The position numbers were made by a program, and so were the translations under genes. The notes beneath the pieces were generated by a model. That model ran no database searches. It had not been told where the DNA came from and was given only the letters and a program-made list of their open reading frames with translations. From Octopus bimaculoides (Eukaryota), in the NCBI RefSeq assembly GCF_001194135.2, contig NC_068999.1, positions 17,508,195 through 17,547,875 of the forward strand: 39,681 bases of DNA, in the 5' to 3' direction. Positions 25,481-38,697 of this stretch are shown one piece after another. Numbering within the stretch: the stretch's first letter is position 1; each line of letters starts with the position of its first letter.

Positions 25481-26640
25481 CATGGAGGAATGTGCTAACA
25501 GAATATCAGAAAATATATTAGAAACAATTGCTTTGAACTGAATTTTTGCGATGTATTTTGTAACAGTTATATAAAGAAATCTCTACAATTGCCCTAAATG
25601 GAAAAAGATCCTTTAAAATCAATTGCTCTTCTTTGCTCCATTATGATATTGTGACATTCTTGTTTACTTCATGAAATTTAATCATATTTTATCATTATAT
25701 ATTTATTTTGAAATACCTCCACTGTTTCTTACGATGCTTATTCATTTCTTTCACTGCACTACTGAGTGCAATTCTCAGTCTTGGGTACATGCAGCATTTT
25801 GCTTTCTTTTCGTATCTTCTAATGAGTTCACTAAATGATATGGATATATTAACGGTTGACAATATTTTCTTATTGTCGTGCGTGTATGAGATACCCGAGG
25901 TTTTATTTATGAATATATCTTGCTCTTTTTTTTTGTTTGCTCATTCACAAGATACCTATTGTTATGTGCATAGTTAATATCACGTCCTTGAATACTGGTT
26001 ATCTCCACTTCCTTATATTCATATTTGCATAAGTTCACTATTTCGTTCAGTCCCATTGTCATCCATTGTGTCTGATTCTTCGATTATCAGGTAATTTATT
26101 TTCTTCTAGGTCTTCGATCAATATCCGGTAGATTCACCTTACACACGAAAAACAACATTTCTTCCAAATATCCGGGAAACCCAGCATAAATCAGTTTCAA
26201 AATTAAGAAAGATATATTGATAATGCTATTAGAATATGTATAAAAACTTTTCTTCTACATTGTGGAACATTCATCATAGATATATCACAACGAATTTTTT
26301 TTGTACCAAATTGTTTTCTTTTATTGTTCTAAATATATGACTTCTTAATGTGATTATGAATTCAATCATTAATTTCTATAATACACATTAATTAATCAGC
26401 TAGAACTATACATCTAAAGAAGAATAATTTCAAGCCTAATAGGTTCCACCTGCTGCTCTGCTAAATATCCATAATGTGTTCACAAATAGTATGGCTATGT
26501 ATTTTTTCTTGTGTTTCTTATACTATCTTATTTATTATATTACACTTTGTAAATCCTACCATGCTGTAGATTTTCAATTCACCTTTCTACTGATCCCAGG
26601 CTTTCAGTGTCCTACATAAAATAAATTATATTCTTCCATT

Positions 26641-26813
26641 TCTTCTTCTTCTTTTTCTTCTTCTTCTTCTTCTTCTTCTTCTTCTTCTTCTTCTTCTTCT
26701 TCTTCTTCTTCTCCTCCTCCTCCTCCTCCTCCTCCTCCTGCACTTTTCTTGTTGTTGTTGTTATTATTATTATTATTATTATTATTAGCAGCAGCAGCAC
26801 CACCAGCAGCAGC
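26641..26813. repeat. Compound trinucleotide microsatellite (CTT)n-(CCT)n-(GTT)n-(ATT)n-(GCA)n
   Basis: Directly visible consecutive arrays. Confidence 0.95.
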
Positions 26814-27139
26814 TTTACATTTATTCTATCCATTCAGTGCAATATTGAGCCATATTCTGTTCGCGATGAAAACGTGAACCACTTTTCATTTCATTTCGTG
26901 CATATCTATGGTGTTTACTGAATAATATGTGTAGTAGTTAATATCATTATTTTCCATACGTTCTATACATGTAGGCTTTTGTTTGAGAATCTATCTGTAT
27001 TTTTCAATCATTCAACACATAGCTATTATTATATTGATAATTTCTGTCATATGCTCTCGATTACTGATTATCTCGACTTCCAGATAATGTATTTGTATAA
27101 TTACTCCATTTTTTTTCAAGAGACACATGTATGACTACA

Positions 27140-27311
27140 CGCATGTATGTATATATAATTCAATACATAAATACACACACACACACATACCCCCCCCCAC
27201 ACATATATATATATATATATGTGTGTGTGTGTATATACATACATATATATACATATACATACATATATATACATATACATACATATATATGTATGGATAT
27301 GTATATATATG

Positions 27312-27382
<71 letters not shown>

Positions 27383-27402
27383 TAAACTGACACACACACA
27401 TG
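27140..27402. repeat. Compound (CA)/(TA)/(TG) dinucleotide low-complexity region
   Basis: Directly visible. Confidence 0.9.
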
Positions 27403-29603
27403 TTATATAAAACCTTAACTACATATACTCAATGATTTCAACTTCATTATATGCTCTTCATAGTTTCTGGTGAGAAGACACGAATCTTGTAATGTTGAAT
27501 GTAATGACGAAATTGTTAGTGAGTGGACAAAAGATTTTGAATTTTAAAGCCATGCCTGGATGAATTATACATTCATCCCTTCAATAGTTGAGAAAATAAG
27601 TTGCAATCAACAAGCGACCTTGATTTAATCAATTATGCCTTTCTTCATAATTGTTCGAATATCGGAAATCAAATTCCATAAATGTAGAAACATTGATATT
27701 GAAATATATTATTCGTCCACACTGTATTTCAATCATACAAATAATGGTCTTGCAAACAATGCGTACAATACGTTATGACGTTGTGTTTTCTTTATAAATT
27801 TGTTGTCTTGTGCAAAATTATTAAATAATCAAATTATACAGAATTAAATGGTTTCATATATTCTTTGTGTAGCTTTAACTTCAATGAATCTTTATTAATA
27901 GAACACCAACAAATATATTTTATTCAACCTTTTCAAATATATCTCATTACCAGAACATCATAGATAAACGTTATCTCTATAAAGAATAATACTAAGTAGA
28001 GACATCTAGGATAAGATAAGTGTAATTTTTGTTGAAGTGATTTTAAATAAATATACTTTAGTCATATTGTGTGTTTGTTCTCTTGCGATGAATAATTTAT
28101 CAATTTACACTTCATATATTCTAAAATATAATTGAAACTTAGAAAATCCATTGTCAGCAGTCATTCAGTTCTTGTGATGTTATATTGTGTATTTGTTCCT
28201 CTTTAGTTTCCTAATCTACGTCTTTATTTTTATAGTAAGTACTGAACAGAAATAAACCGAAATCGATTATATTTTACATTACCTATATATGTTTAATTAG
28301 TTCCGTATTTAAAACCACAAAATATTTGAAGTATGAGTAATAAATGTTTGAAGGCTTTTAATATAATTGTTTTACTGTCAGAATATATCGATGTAACAAA
28401 ACTGATATATTTTTATGTGGTTTTCTCTTAGGAATTTATCCATCTAACTGTAGGAACCCATAAGTATTTAGCATGAGAAAAATTGCGATACCACTAGCCA
28501 TTATCTGTTGCGGTCTGCAGTCAAGGAGAACATGATTATAAATGTAATATAACGTCATAATTTTGTTCTACATTGCAACTATATTTTTTTCATGGGAAGC
28601 AAAATATATGAAGTCAATTATACCAAATTACACTATCTAGCACTCTCAACTAAAATAGATCACACAGTGAGAGAACTTTATGGATCATGAGACAAAAGGA
28701 AGTACAATCTCAGTTTAAAAGCGCAAAATATCTAAAGTTATAAAAATTTTAAAGATGTTTACGGACACAAATGTTGTTGAGTAGGTAGCATCGTGTTGAC
28801 TAGCGACCTAAAAATGACCTATGGCTATATCGATTACAACTTACTTTCAGTCATATTGAATGTAAATACAACTGAGTTAATCAATATTCACTTCCTTTGT
28901 AAAAGTTCTGTGGATTGTTTTAAATAGTGCTTGTTTAACATTTCATTGAAGTCAACCGAACAAATACAGGATTCTGTAAAACTCATGAAGAGAATCAACT
29001 AGCCGATTCTTGCAATACCTTTAAACTTTTTAGAAAATGCTTTAAAATATGGAAGGGGAAAGAGTTAAATATGATATCAAAAGAATACAAATTCTGGGTG
29101 TACTATTCCGTTTAGACATATTTTTGTCGTCTTTTAAATTTCTTAGTTCATATCTACTCCTAAATCACATTCGGCATTCACCCTTTCGTGGATTACGAAA
29201 ATAATATAATAGTCATGTACTGGAGTCAATGAAATGGATAAAAATAATAAACACTTCAGATTGTGCTTATGATTCAAATGGAAATTATTGGTAGTCTTGG
29301 TGGAATCGTCTGAGCGACAGAAAATGCTATGCAAGCCATTTTTTCCTTCAAATTTGCCTTCACCTTCTCAGTTTCAATAAAATAAAGTACTAGTTAAATT
29401 TTGGCGTCACTCTAATACGCTACCGCACAACTAAAACTGATGTCCCTGTGTCAACATTTACATTGAAAAGGCGGAGATGGCAAAAGCAATTGACGCATGT
29501 ACGTCGGATCATGCCCATCCAAATTTCGTGAGTCATTGGAAGGTGATTCGCGATGTAAAAGTATTATATAGCGTCCATCTTATGAATTATAGATATGGGA
29601 TGT

Positions 29604-29688
<85 letters not shown>

Positions 29689-29893
29689 GCATTTAAATAA
29701 CTAGATCTCAAATATACATTGCTGATGCATTATCAATAACTTGAAAGACTCTAAATTTAACACTACAAAGCGTTAAAAGCAAACAAAACAAAAAATGGGA
29801 ATATATGAATACCGATAATATACTGTACTAAAAAAGGAAACGAGAAATATGCGACAAGTAACTGAAGAATACATCAATATTAAGATGTATTAA

Positions 29894-30050
29894 GGCGGTG
29901 AGCTGAGAGAATTGTTATCAGGCTGTGGAGAATAGCGCTATTTCGTCTGCTCCTACGTTGTGATTTCAAAATCCTCCGCAGTCGACGTTGACTTTCATCA
30001 TTCTGGGCACGATGAAATAATTTTCAGTTAAGGAATGGAATCAATGTAAT
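29894..30050 (+). mobile_element. Second, more degenerate copy of SINE family C
   Basis: ggcggtgagctgagagaattgtta...gatttcaaaatcctccgcagtcgacgttgactttcatcattctggg...gaaataa is colinear with 22136-22290. Confidence 0.65.
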
Positions 30051-30633
30051 CCAGTATCAAGTGATTTCACTTTCTGTGGCGAATGACGCTTAAAGAACAT
30101 CAGCTAGGCTTACTACGTAAACTATTTTAAAAATATATCTACCATTCCGTCTGAACAGCGAAATCAATACATACTGGGGCATCTACTATTCTCTTTGTGG
30201 TTTTACAAATAGGAGGCATGTTTTCTAGTACATTTCCTACAATGTCCGTGCGTGTTTACATATAGTGCGAGATACGTGTCTCTGGAGAGATTTAACTACG
30301 CTTTCCAGCAAATAGGTGCATATTGTACACTGCCTTTTAATAATATATTTTTTGCCCATTTTGCTTATGTTTGCTGGCCACTTTATTATTATTTTTTTTT
30401 AAAGATAATGATAACTTATTTGAAATTTGAATATATACTTGCTCACTGTTGTTCGTTTGGAAGTCAGCTGATCTGACGTACACGGAATGTTGAATATATC
30501 ATTAAAATAGTCTACATAGTAAGCCTAGCTGATGATCATTAAAAGTACCATTCGACAGGGAAATGAAATCAATTGATAATGGGCTGTCTACACTTTTCTT
30601 TGTGGTTTTACAAGGGAAGGCTGTTCTTTAGTA
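30051..30633. repeat. Nested inverted and direct repeat structure (possible MITE/foldback remnant)
   Basis: 30051-30138 is the reverse complement of 30494-30582 (catcagctaggcttactacgtaaactatttt vs aaaatagtctacatagtaagcctagctgatg). 30140-30230 is a direct copy of 30547-30633 (gaaatcaat...tctttgtggttttacaa). Confidence 0.75.
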
Positions 30634-31774
30634 TTTTGCTTTATCTATTTCCCTCTTTAAATATGTATACAAATACATATGCATACGCGTGTGTATAGGC
30701 GTGTGTGCGTAAGTGTGCACGTGTGTATCCTCCTAACTTTTCTTTTCACTCGGAAGAGATTGAGTTGAATACGTGGACAGAAGTATATAAGGTTTTACAA
30801 GTCGGGATCATTACAGAACTTATTCAAACTCCTTGAGTTTCGTGCTAAATCACTTATCAAATCGGCTGCCAAAGCACCCAAAGCTTTTCCTACATCTTAG
30901 AAATATGCATCACGATAAATTTCTAAAAGTACTGATTAAGAGTACATATAAGATTAAGAGTACATTTACTTTATAACTTAGTGATATTTTAAGATAAATG
31001 GGATATGGAATTTGCTTTCAGCCGAAGTTTACACACAAATAAACACATAAAAAAACACACGCAAACAGTCAAATATATAATTATGCACACAAACATAAAT
31101 ACGTCTTGAAATGGTTATTTAGAAAGCTCAGAACAAAATTATGCAAGAAAGAATATCTCAGAGTCAATGCTACCATATCGCTTTTAAAATGCGAATCTGA
31201 ATCTTCTCGAGGCTGACATTATTTTTCCTCGCTTCCTGAAACGTACAATATGGAAGTCGTATAATTCTTTCGAATTAGTCGTCTCTTAATCCACCCCCAG
31301 ATATTTAACTATGTCCATACATTAGATGCTTTTATGATATGTTATAGAAATTAATTACACTTATTAAAAGACGATCAGGTAAATCGTTACTGTTTCTTAT
31401 CATTTAAAAGTAATTTTATGTAAGTAGGTTTGGTCTGTATGTAGTATAACAAAGTTCATCCATCATAGCAATATAATGAGTTTTAATAGAAAGGTGAGAC
31501 CTAATCAGATACATTTTATCTGATGCTGTAATGTATATGTCTTCAAATTCACATCATCCTACATAGCTTTACACGAGAAATATATTTGCCTTCCAGTTTC
31601 TCAAAGTAATTTTCCATAACATTCTTTATACGTTGCTCCATATCAGCTTCCTTTCAAAGGAACAGTTTTTAGCATCGCACATGAGTACTTCGAAAGATCT
31701 CTATATGCACATAGCATTGTGAGTGTTATTGATGTCATTCTAAAAGTAACAGAAGCAGTAGTGGTACAAAGCTG

Positions 31775-32042
31775 CAGCATCAATAATAGTGGTGGTAGTA
31801 GCTGCAGCAACAACAGTGGAAATACCAGTTGTAGTATTAGTACTAATAGTAGTTGTTGTTGTTGTTGTTTTTGTAGCAGTGGTAGTCATTTACGTGTTTA
31901 GTTGTTATTTGATATCGTTTGTTAGCTAAGTTACTAAAGAGAAGTAGATCCAGACCGTGTTGTTGAGGTAAATGATGTAGCAGAAACAGCAGCAGCAGCA
32001 GAAGGTGCAGTAGTAGTAGCAGCAGCAGCATTGGTAGTATTG

Positions 32043-32085
<43 letters not shown>
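31775..32085. repeat. Degenerate (GTA)/(GCA)/(GTT) trinucleotide low-complexity region
   Basis: Directly visible; pure gta run at ~32044-32083. Confidence 0.85.
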
Positions 32086-33217
32086 GATTGACTAAACTCG
32101 CTCCTGCAATGTCGGTCCTCGTGCCTGTCGCCGGTATTGTTTGTGTATTTATTTTTACTAATATTATAACCATTAACAATATTATAATTATTATTTTACA
32201 GAAGAGAAATGTGACTTCCTTGCCTGTTAACCGACATTAAATCTTTAGTAAGATTTAAAAGTATTTCACATCCGGATTTAGCTGTATTGTGCGCGCGCGA
32301 ACACACAAACACTCACTCCTCACACTCGCACACATACACATCACATACACTCCCACACACTCACACATTTACACGCATACTCACGAATACGTACACACAA
32401 AATACATACACATATTTCTATATCTACGTAAATATGTAAATGTAGGAATCATCACAAGATCTCGTCTTTTGCTGCATTGCTGTATTGCGCCTTCTTGAAA
32501 GAGATTTCATATGCGTATTTTAAATTTCAACTGTATATAATCTTAATTTATATCTGTACGTTTTTATAAGTGTTCTCTTTTGAATTCATATACCTTCACA
32601 CTTCCACATGAAAAATAATCAACTTTCTGTGGAAAATTCTATAAGTTAATTGCTCTTCAGCTGTATTTGTTTGTGTTATTTCGGATGTGGAATCAATGCT
32701 CAAAGTTTACGTATTTAATCACCACATACAATACGTTGAATCAAAAATACTTCTATTGTGTCACATTCTTTCATTCCGATATTTCCGTTCCTACACGAAA
32801 CACAAAGTGGTTTAAAAGGTCAGCCAAGAGCATCGCAACATCTAGTGTGATTTTATATTGCATGATAATGTGAGAGAATTCACTAGATTATACGCATTCT
32901 GCACGAGACAGGAAAACAGAAATATGGATTCCATTCTTCTAGAATTTCTCATAACCAATTTGGCATTTGAGTATGCGAATGCTAAAAGAACAAGAGAATC
33001 AATCAAGTCGGAAAACAAAATGAAAGTAAAACAAATGGGATGTAAATTCATCAAAGAATTATGAATATACGCTTAAGTTATTTCGATAATTTTATGTCAG
33101 TTATTTACACAAACCATGCATTGAAAACGGTAAATAGCAATTATATATACGGTATGGAAAGACATTCAGAATTTCGTATTTCTATAATATTTCAATACAC
33201 ATACAGCCGAGGGCATG

Positions 33218-33291
33218 ATATTTATATATAATATTTATATATAATATTTATATATAATATATTTATATATAATATGATATTTATATATAAT
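33218..33291. repeat. AT-only minisatellite, ~14-bp unit (atatttatatata) x ~5
   Basis: Directly visible tandem units. Confidence 0.8.
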
Positions 33292-34169
33292 ACTCATGCA
33301 ATAAAATATTCTATCGCATTGTTTATTTGAATCAATAAAATGAGCGCGAAGTGAACAAACTTCAGTAAGCAAGGTTAATTATTTTATAGAATATATAGAA
33401 TATCTATAGAATATTTATAGAATATACAGGCTGCACAAGCTAAAACAACATATTAGTATTTATATGTTCTCAATATACCGTATATTCATTAGAGTATCCA
33501 AGTTCAGGCTTATGAATATACACCGTTAATTCATTTTAAAAAGAACAATATATCGTGTACACAATTTACAGAAAGAAATCAACAGAAATGAAATGAATAA
33601 TAACCAGTCTATAACTATATGTATACTATTTAACGAAATATTACTAATCAGAATCCGTGTCTTATCGGATTCCTAACCGAAAGAAAAATGTTTTTTAGAA
33701 CTGCATTTGCAATTCGTGCTTTCCCAAACATATAACTGGACCCAGACAAAAATTGCGTAATGACTCGAATTATTTTGGTTCCTTGAACTGCAAGGCATGT
33801 ACCATTCACGAAAAGAAGCAGCCATATAAATTAACTGTCATATTACTCTCAACAAAATGCCAAAATTCCTCATAAAACCAGCTGGATTGAAATAAAAGCT
33901 GAATGAGAGACAATCATCTAGTATATATATATACACACACGCGCACACACAAACATGCACCTACACACACACACACATACACACACACAGAACATATTTA
34001 GCCTGTACATCTAGATATAGGGCAGTTAATGCTTAATTTCGACCTAGTCTTTGGTTTTCATCGTTCACTCTACATCCTTTGCATATTATTACGCTTAGCA
34101 GCATTAGTTGTTATAAGGTACATAGCAAGTGTAGCAGACGTTTTTACACAATACTGTTAAATACAATGT

Positions 34170-34204
<35 letters not shown>

Positions 34205-34711
34205 NNNNNNNNNNNNNNNNNNNNNNNNNNNNNNNNNNNNNNNNNNNNNNNNNNNNNNNNNNNNNNNNNNNNNNNNNNNNNNNNNNNNNNNNNNNNNNNN
34301 NNNNNNNNNNNNNNNNNNNNNNNNNNNNNNNNNNNNNNNNNNNNNNNNNNNNNNNNNNNNNNNNNNNNNNNNNNNNNNNNNNNNNNNNNNNNNNNNNNNN
34401 NNNNNNNNNNNNNNNNNNNNNNNNNNNNNNNNNNNNNNNNNNNNNNNNNNNNNNNNNNNNNNNNNNNNNNNNNNNNNNNNNNNNNNNNNNNNNNNNNNNN
34501 NNNNNNNNNNNNNNNNNNNNNNNNNNNNNNNNNNNNNNNNNNNNNNNNNNNNNNNNNNNNNNNNNNNNNNNNNNNNNNNNNNNNNNNNNNNNNNNNNNNN
34601 NNNNNNNNNNNNNNNNNNNNNNNNNNNNNNNNNNNNNNNNNNNNNNNNNNNNNNNNNNNNNNNNNNNNNNNNNNNNNNNNNNNNNNNNNNNNNNNNNNNN
34701 NNNNNNNNNNN

Positions 34712-34762
<51 letters not shown>

Positions 34763-35449
34763 CACATACATATATGTATATGTGTGTGTGAGTGTGTGTG
34801 CAATTGTTTGTGAATGTATGAGTGATGATGTGTATACAGATCAAAACGCACATTCCATTAACGATCGACTATTTTTATCCCAGTTGTAGGCAGGTCTCTG
34901 ATTTGGTGATTGAATTTTGCCTGAATAGTTAAATGCATTAAAAACACTTTGGCCAATATAATTACATGTCAGCTTCGCGAGACAACAATGGAAGAACTCA
35001 TTCGGTATAATTATCTCCTTCACTTTGCAAAGCTGCAACATGTTCAAATAATGCTCGTCGTCATTTACTTTTTGACCTTAATTACCATCTCAAAGCTTGC
35101 AAAATATATTGTGCTCTACGTGTATACGCTGTGTGCATCCTCGAGACTGCTGATAATCGCGGAATAAATAGCTATGGTGTATGTATTTAAAGCAAGAACA
35201 AATGACAGCTTAATGAGAACTCTAAACATTCAACCACATCGCATGCATATACGAAATATATTACATAAGATTGACACATCTCTGAAAGAAAGATAAAAGG
35301 AACACGAAATTGCATTGCGTTTATCTTTGGTACACGCTGCGGACAATCAGTGTGACATTTGTTTACGAACATTTTTAATATCAGTCAAATTTTGCGTCGA
35401 CGTCTGAGACATTTTGAGAAATACAGATTCAAGAAATATTTGAGCTGCC

Positions 35450-35502
<53 letters not shown>
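35450..35502. repeat. (CTTT)n microsatellite
   Basis: Directly visible. Confidence 0.9.
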
Positions 35503-35510
<8 letters not shown>

Positions 35511-36249
35511 CTTTTCTTTCTTTCTATTTTCTAAACTAAATTTTGATTCTCAATTGTGCCTTTGCTCTATTGTCTTTTAATTCTACACTTGTATCAAAGA
35601 ATTGTAACCATATTATTTGAGTGGACTTTTGATCGAATTTGATTTTCGTGATGAAATAATCAAGTTAACTTTAAATATTTTCATTCGATTGCTTATTCAC
35701 ATACTAGTTTAATGCGAAATCCTGGATGATCTCCATCATTATTATATATACTAGTCGCATATTGTAAGAACGTATATCTCCTACAGCACACATTATCAGT
35801 TTAATGAAATTGTATTTAGAGAAGTAGCAGACTGATGATAAAATTAAGGATTTTGTGAAGACGTTGTTCTAAAGTGTACTTTAGCAAAATTTGGAAGATT
35901 TATCAATACACTCACACACACATGTGCATACACACTCAAACACACTCGCGCATACACACAAACACAATCACATGTGTGTTTGTGTCTGTGAGTGTAGAAA
36001 TAACAAAGTTTATCAAAGAGAGATAGATAGAATAGAGATAAATGGATTCACACACAAATAAATTGATAGACAGATTCTTCCATAGACTGAGATAGAAACA
36101 AAACTATCAGCAACTATAAAACTAGATACGTAGACAGGCAGTTAGGCACATTGATAAACCGATAGGATGTTAAAAATCGTATTGACTGCTAAGATAGTTC
36201 TCCTATAATACATTAATGACACTTTGCACAACATAATCATAGTTTAGAT

Positions 36250-37266
36250 AAAAGACAATATTGGAAGTGTTTATTCGGCATAATTACGCCTTTACGTTTC
36301 ACAACTTAAAGGTATTTAAATAATTCTTGTAGAATATAATGTTTAAACTTTTATTTCTGTTGAAATTATAATTCTTCATATTCAAAAATACACCTCAACG
36401 CAAACGCAATATTTTATACATAGTTTGCATATTTTGTTTCCATTCTGTTGTTATTTGAATCTCATGCAATAGTTAACAATTAACTGTGTCCTTTTATTGT
36501 AAGTAATACTGAGATGATTACTCTTATCATTATAGGCAGATGTAACAGTTTGAAATATACAACAACAGGTTTATGCGATGAGGTCAGCTTCACTGCTATA
36601 TAGCAAGTGTGAACACATTACATTGTAAATCCATTTTTTTTTTCCTCTGAAACAAAAGGTTTGAGAGATGTGGACCGTACATGAACTATGATGGTATTCT
36701 CTTGCAACACTGTAAATCACCAAGACATTTTTTTGTTTCTTTACTTATCGGGATTTAACTAGTTCTGCATTAACGTTGCCAAGTTTTTCGTCATTGAAAG
36801 TTTCCCTTAATGGATAGAATTAATATTAACTTTACTTTTCACTTTATCTAGAGAATACTTTATTCCTTTTCATCCCAATCGAGTATCGTGTGACATTTAC
36901 TGTTTGTTCACAACGACGTTGCTATTGTCAAAGAATTTACTATATCGCCTGAAAGAACTGGGCTTATAGTCAATCAATGATCTTTCGAACAGCTTCGGTT
37001 TTGATCGTACAAGGAAACTATAAAAGGCTTTCATCCAATTCTGTACCCTAGCATTTATTTCCGGATTTAATAGCATAAGCACTCTATAATTTCCCGCAAT
37101 AATCTGGGTGCAGGAATCATCTGACGTGATCTTACATGTCCTAGTGTAGCTATTGTCATTACATCTTCCCACTTTTATTTAGTCAATAGTTTGCCATTCT
37201 GGTTCTCTAAATGAAGATAAAAATAAAGAAATTTTTAACGCGCTTGCTTGTAAGAAATTATTTAAT
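36250..37266. repeat. Copy A of an old tandem segmental duplication
   Basis: Colinear with 37690-38697 at an offset of ~1.42-1.45 kb. Shared blocks include agacaa...tttatt, gcaatattttat, gttctgcatt, gatagaattaatattaa, tttccggatttaatagca, cctagtgtag and aagaaattatttaat. Confidence 0.85.
36897..37172 (-). pseudogene. Possible decayed coding segment of unknown product (paralogous open frame at 38330-38533, minus strand)
   Basis: IIAGNYRVLMLLNPEINARVQNWMKAF...YSKFFDNS aligns with LIEGNYRILLLLNPEMNARIDNRMKGF...YGEFYDNS, with conservative changes and two 3-nt indels. No family recognised. Stops and frameshifts flank the segment. Confidence 0.3.
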
Positions 37267-37689
37267 GTAATAGCTTATGTAAAACACAGTATTTCGCCAA
37301 TAGTGCTGGAGCAATAAAACGCATGAATTGATTTTTTTAGATATACACTTCTGTGCATTTTACTAGCTCACCATCATAGTTCGATGTACAGAACTATACT
37401 CATGCCCATCAAAGTGCATATGCGCACAAACATATGTCTCGTGTGTTTTCTAAAGATATTCTTATACATGTGTGTTTGAGTATGTATCTCGATGAATAGA
37501 TACTAGGGTCAACTGGTGGACAGCACAAATATTATTCAAGCAGAAAGATAACGAAATGGACCTAGAAAATCATTTCGTGATTAATCATTCGCTATTTCGA
37601 TACACTTCACTCATGTGTTGAGCAAATCTGTGAACTAATTTAGAATTGCCCATTTAGAATAGTTTAACCAATGTAATTACGTCATGATT

Positions 37690-38697
37690 TATAGAGACAA
37701 CAATCGAAATATTTATTTGCGGGAATTATTAGCTTTATTTTCCCAAACTGAGAGATTCTAAAATAATAGTTGAAGAACGTATCTCTCAGAATATTGTTTT
37801 TTTTTGTTTTCTGAATTAACATTTATAGGATTAAGAAAAAGAAAGACGCAAAATATATGCAATATTTTATGCGCATCTTGTATCTTCTGTGTTCATTTTT
37901 GAGTACCCTAAGGTTTGTTTAAGGATTTTACAGATGACTAATTTTTTGTTGTAAGCACATGTTCCATGAAAGACATAAGAATTATATTAATAAAATGAGA
38001 CGAAAATTGCTGTCCCATTGCAAGATTAAACGTGTTAAATTTCATAATAATAGCATTCTTTAACTCTGAATAAATTTATAGCGTTGGACGTTACAAAAAC
38101 ATGCTATTGTTTTCTGTGGCAAACACGGTGGATCAATGACGAAAGAAATATTTTCTGACTTTATCAGATTCCGACAGGTTCTGCATTCATGTTTGCGATG
38201 CTTTTCATCATAAACAGATTCTTTTAATAGATAGAATTAATATTAAGTTTTCCTTTGTCTCTATTTATCTACCAAACTCTATATTCTCTTTCATTCAAGT
38301 GAAGTTTCGCTTTACAATTGTTGTTTTGTTCATAATGACATTACACTATTGTCATAGAATTCTCCGTATTGCCTTACAGACTTGGGCTCATACAGAATCA
38401 ATGAACTTTCGATCGTCTTTGACGGTTTTGTCCATACAAGCAAACTAGCTTTAAATCCTTTCATCCGATTGTCTATTCTAGCATTCATTTCCGGATTTAA
38501 TAGCAGAAGAATTCGATAATTTCCTTCAATAAGCTACGTTCAAGTCGCATTTTATATGCACTTTCATCTCCTAGTGTAGTTATTGTTATTATTTCTCTCC
38601 AATTTTATTTAGCCAACAGCAAATCATTCTGGTTCTTCAACTGATAACAAAAATACAGAAGTTTCTAAAGACGCTTGTCTCGAAGAAATTATTTAAT
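37690..38697. repeat. Copy B of an old tandem segmental duplication
   Basis: As for copy A. About 74% and 78% identity in two hand-aligned core blocks (138 and 150 nt). Confidence 0.85.

Noticed and set aside
29348-29395. Third family C SINE fragment
   Set aside because: The similarity (aaatttgccttcacc...aataaagtactagtt) is too short and degenerate to support.
32858-33064. 68-aa plus-strand ORF as a gene
   Set aside because: No homology recognised, and it overlaps an equally long antisense ORF; consistent with chance.
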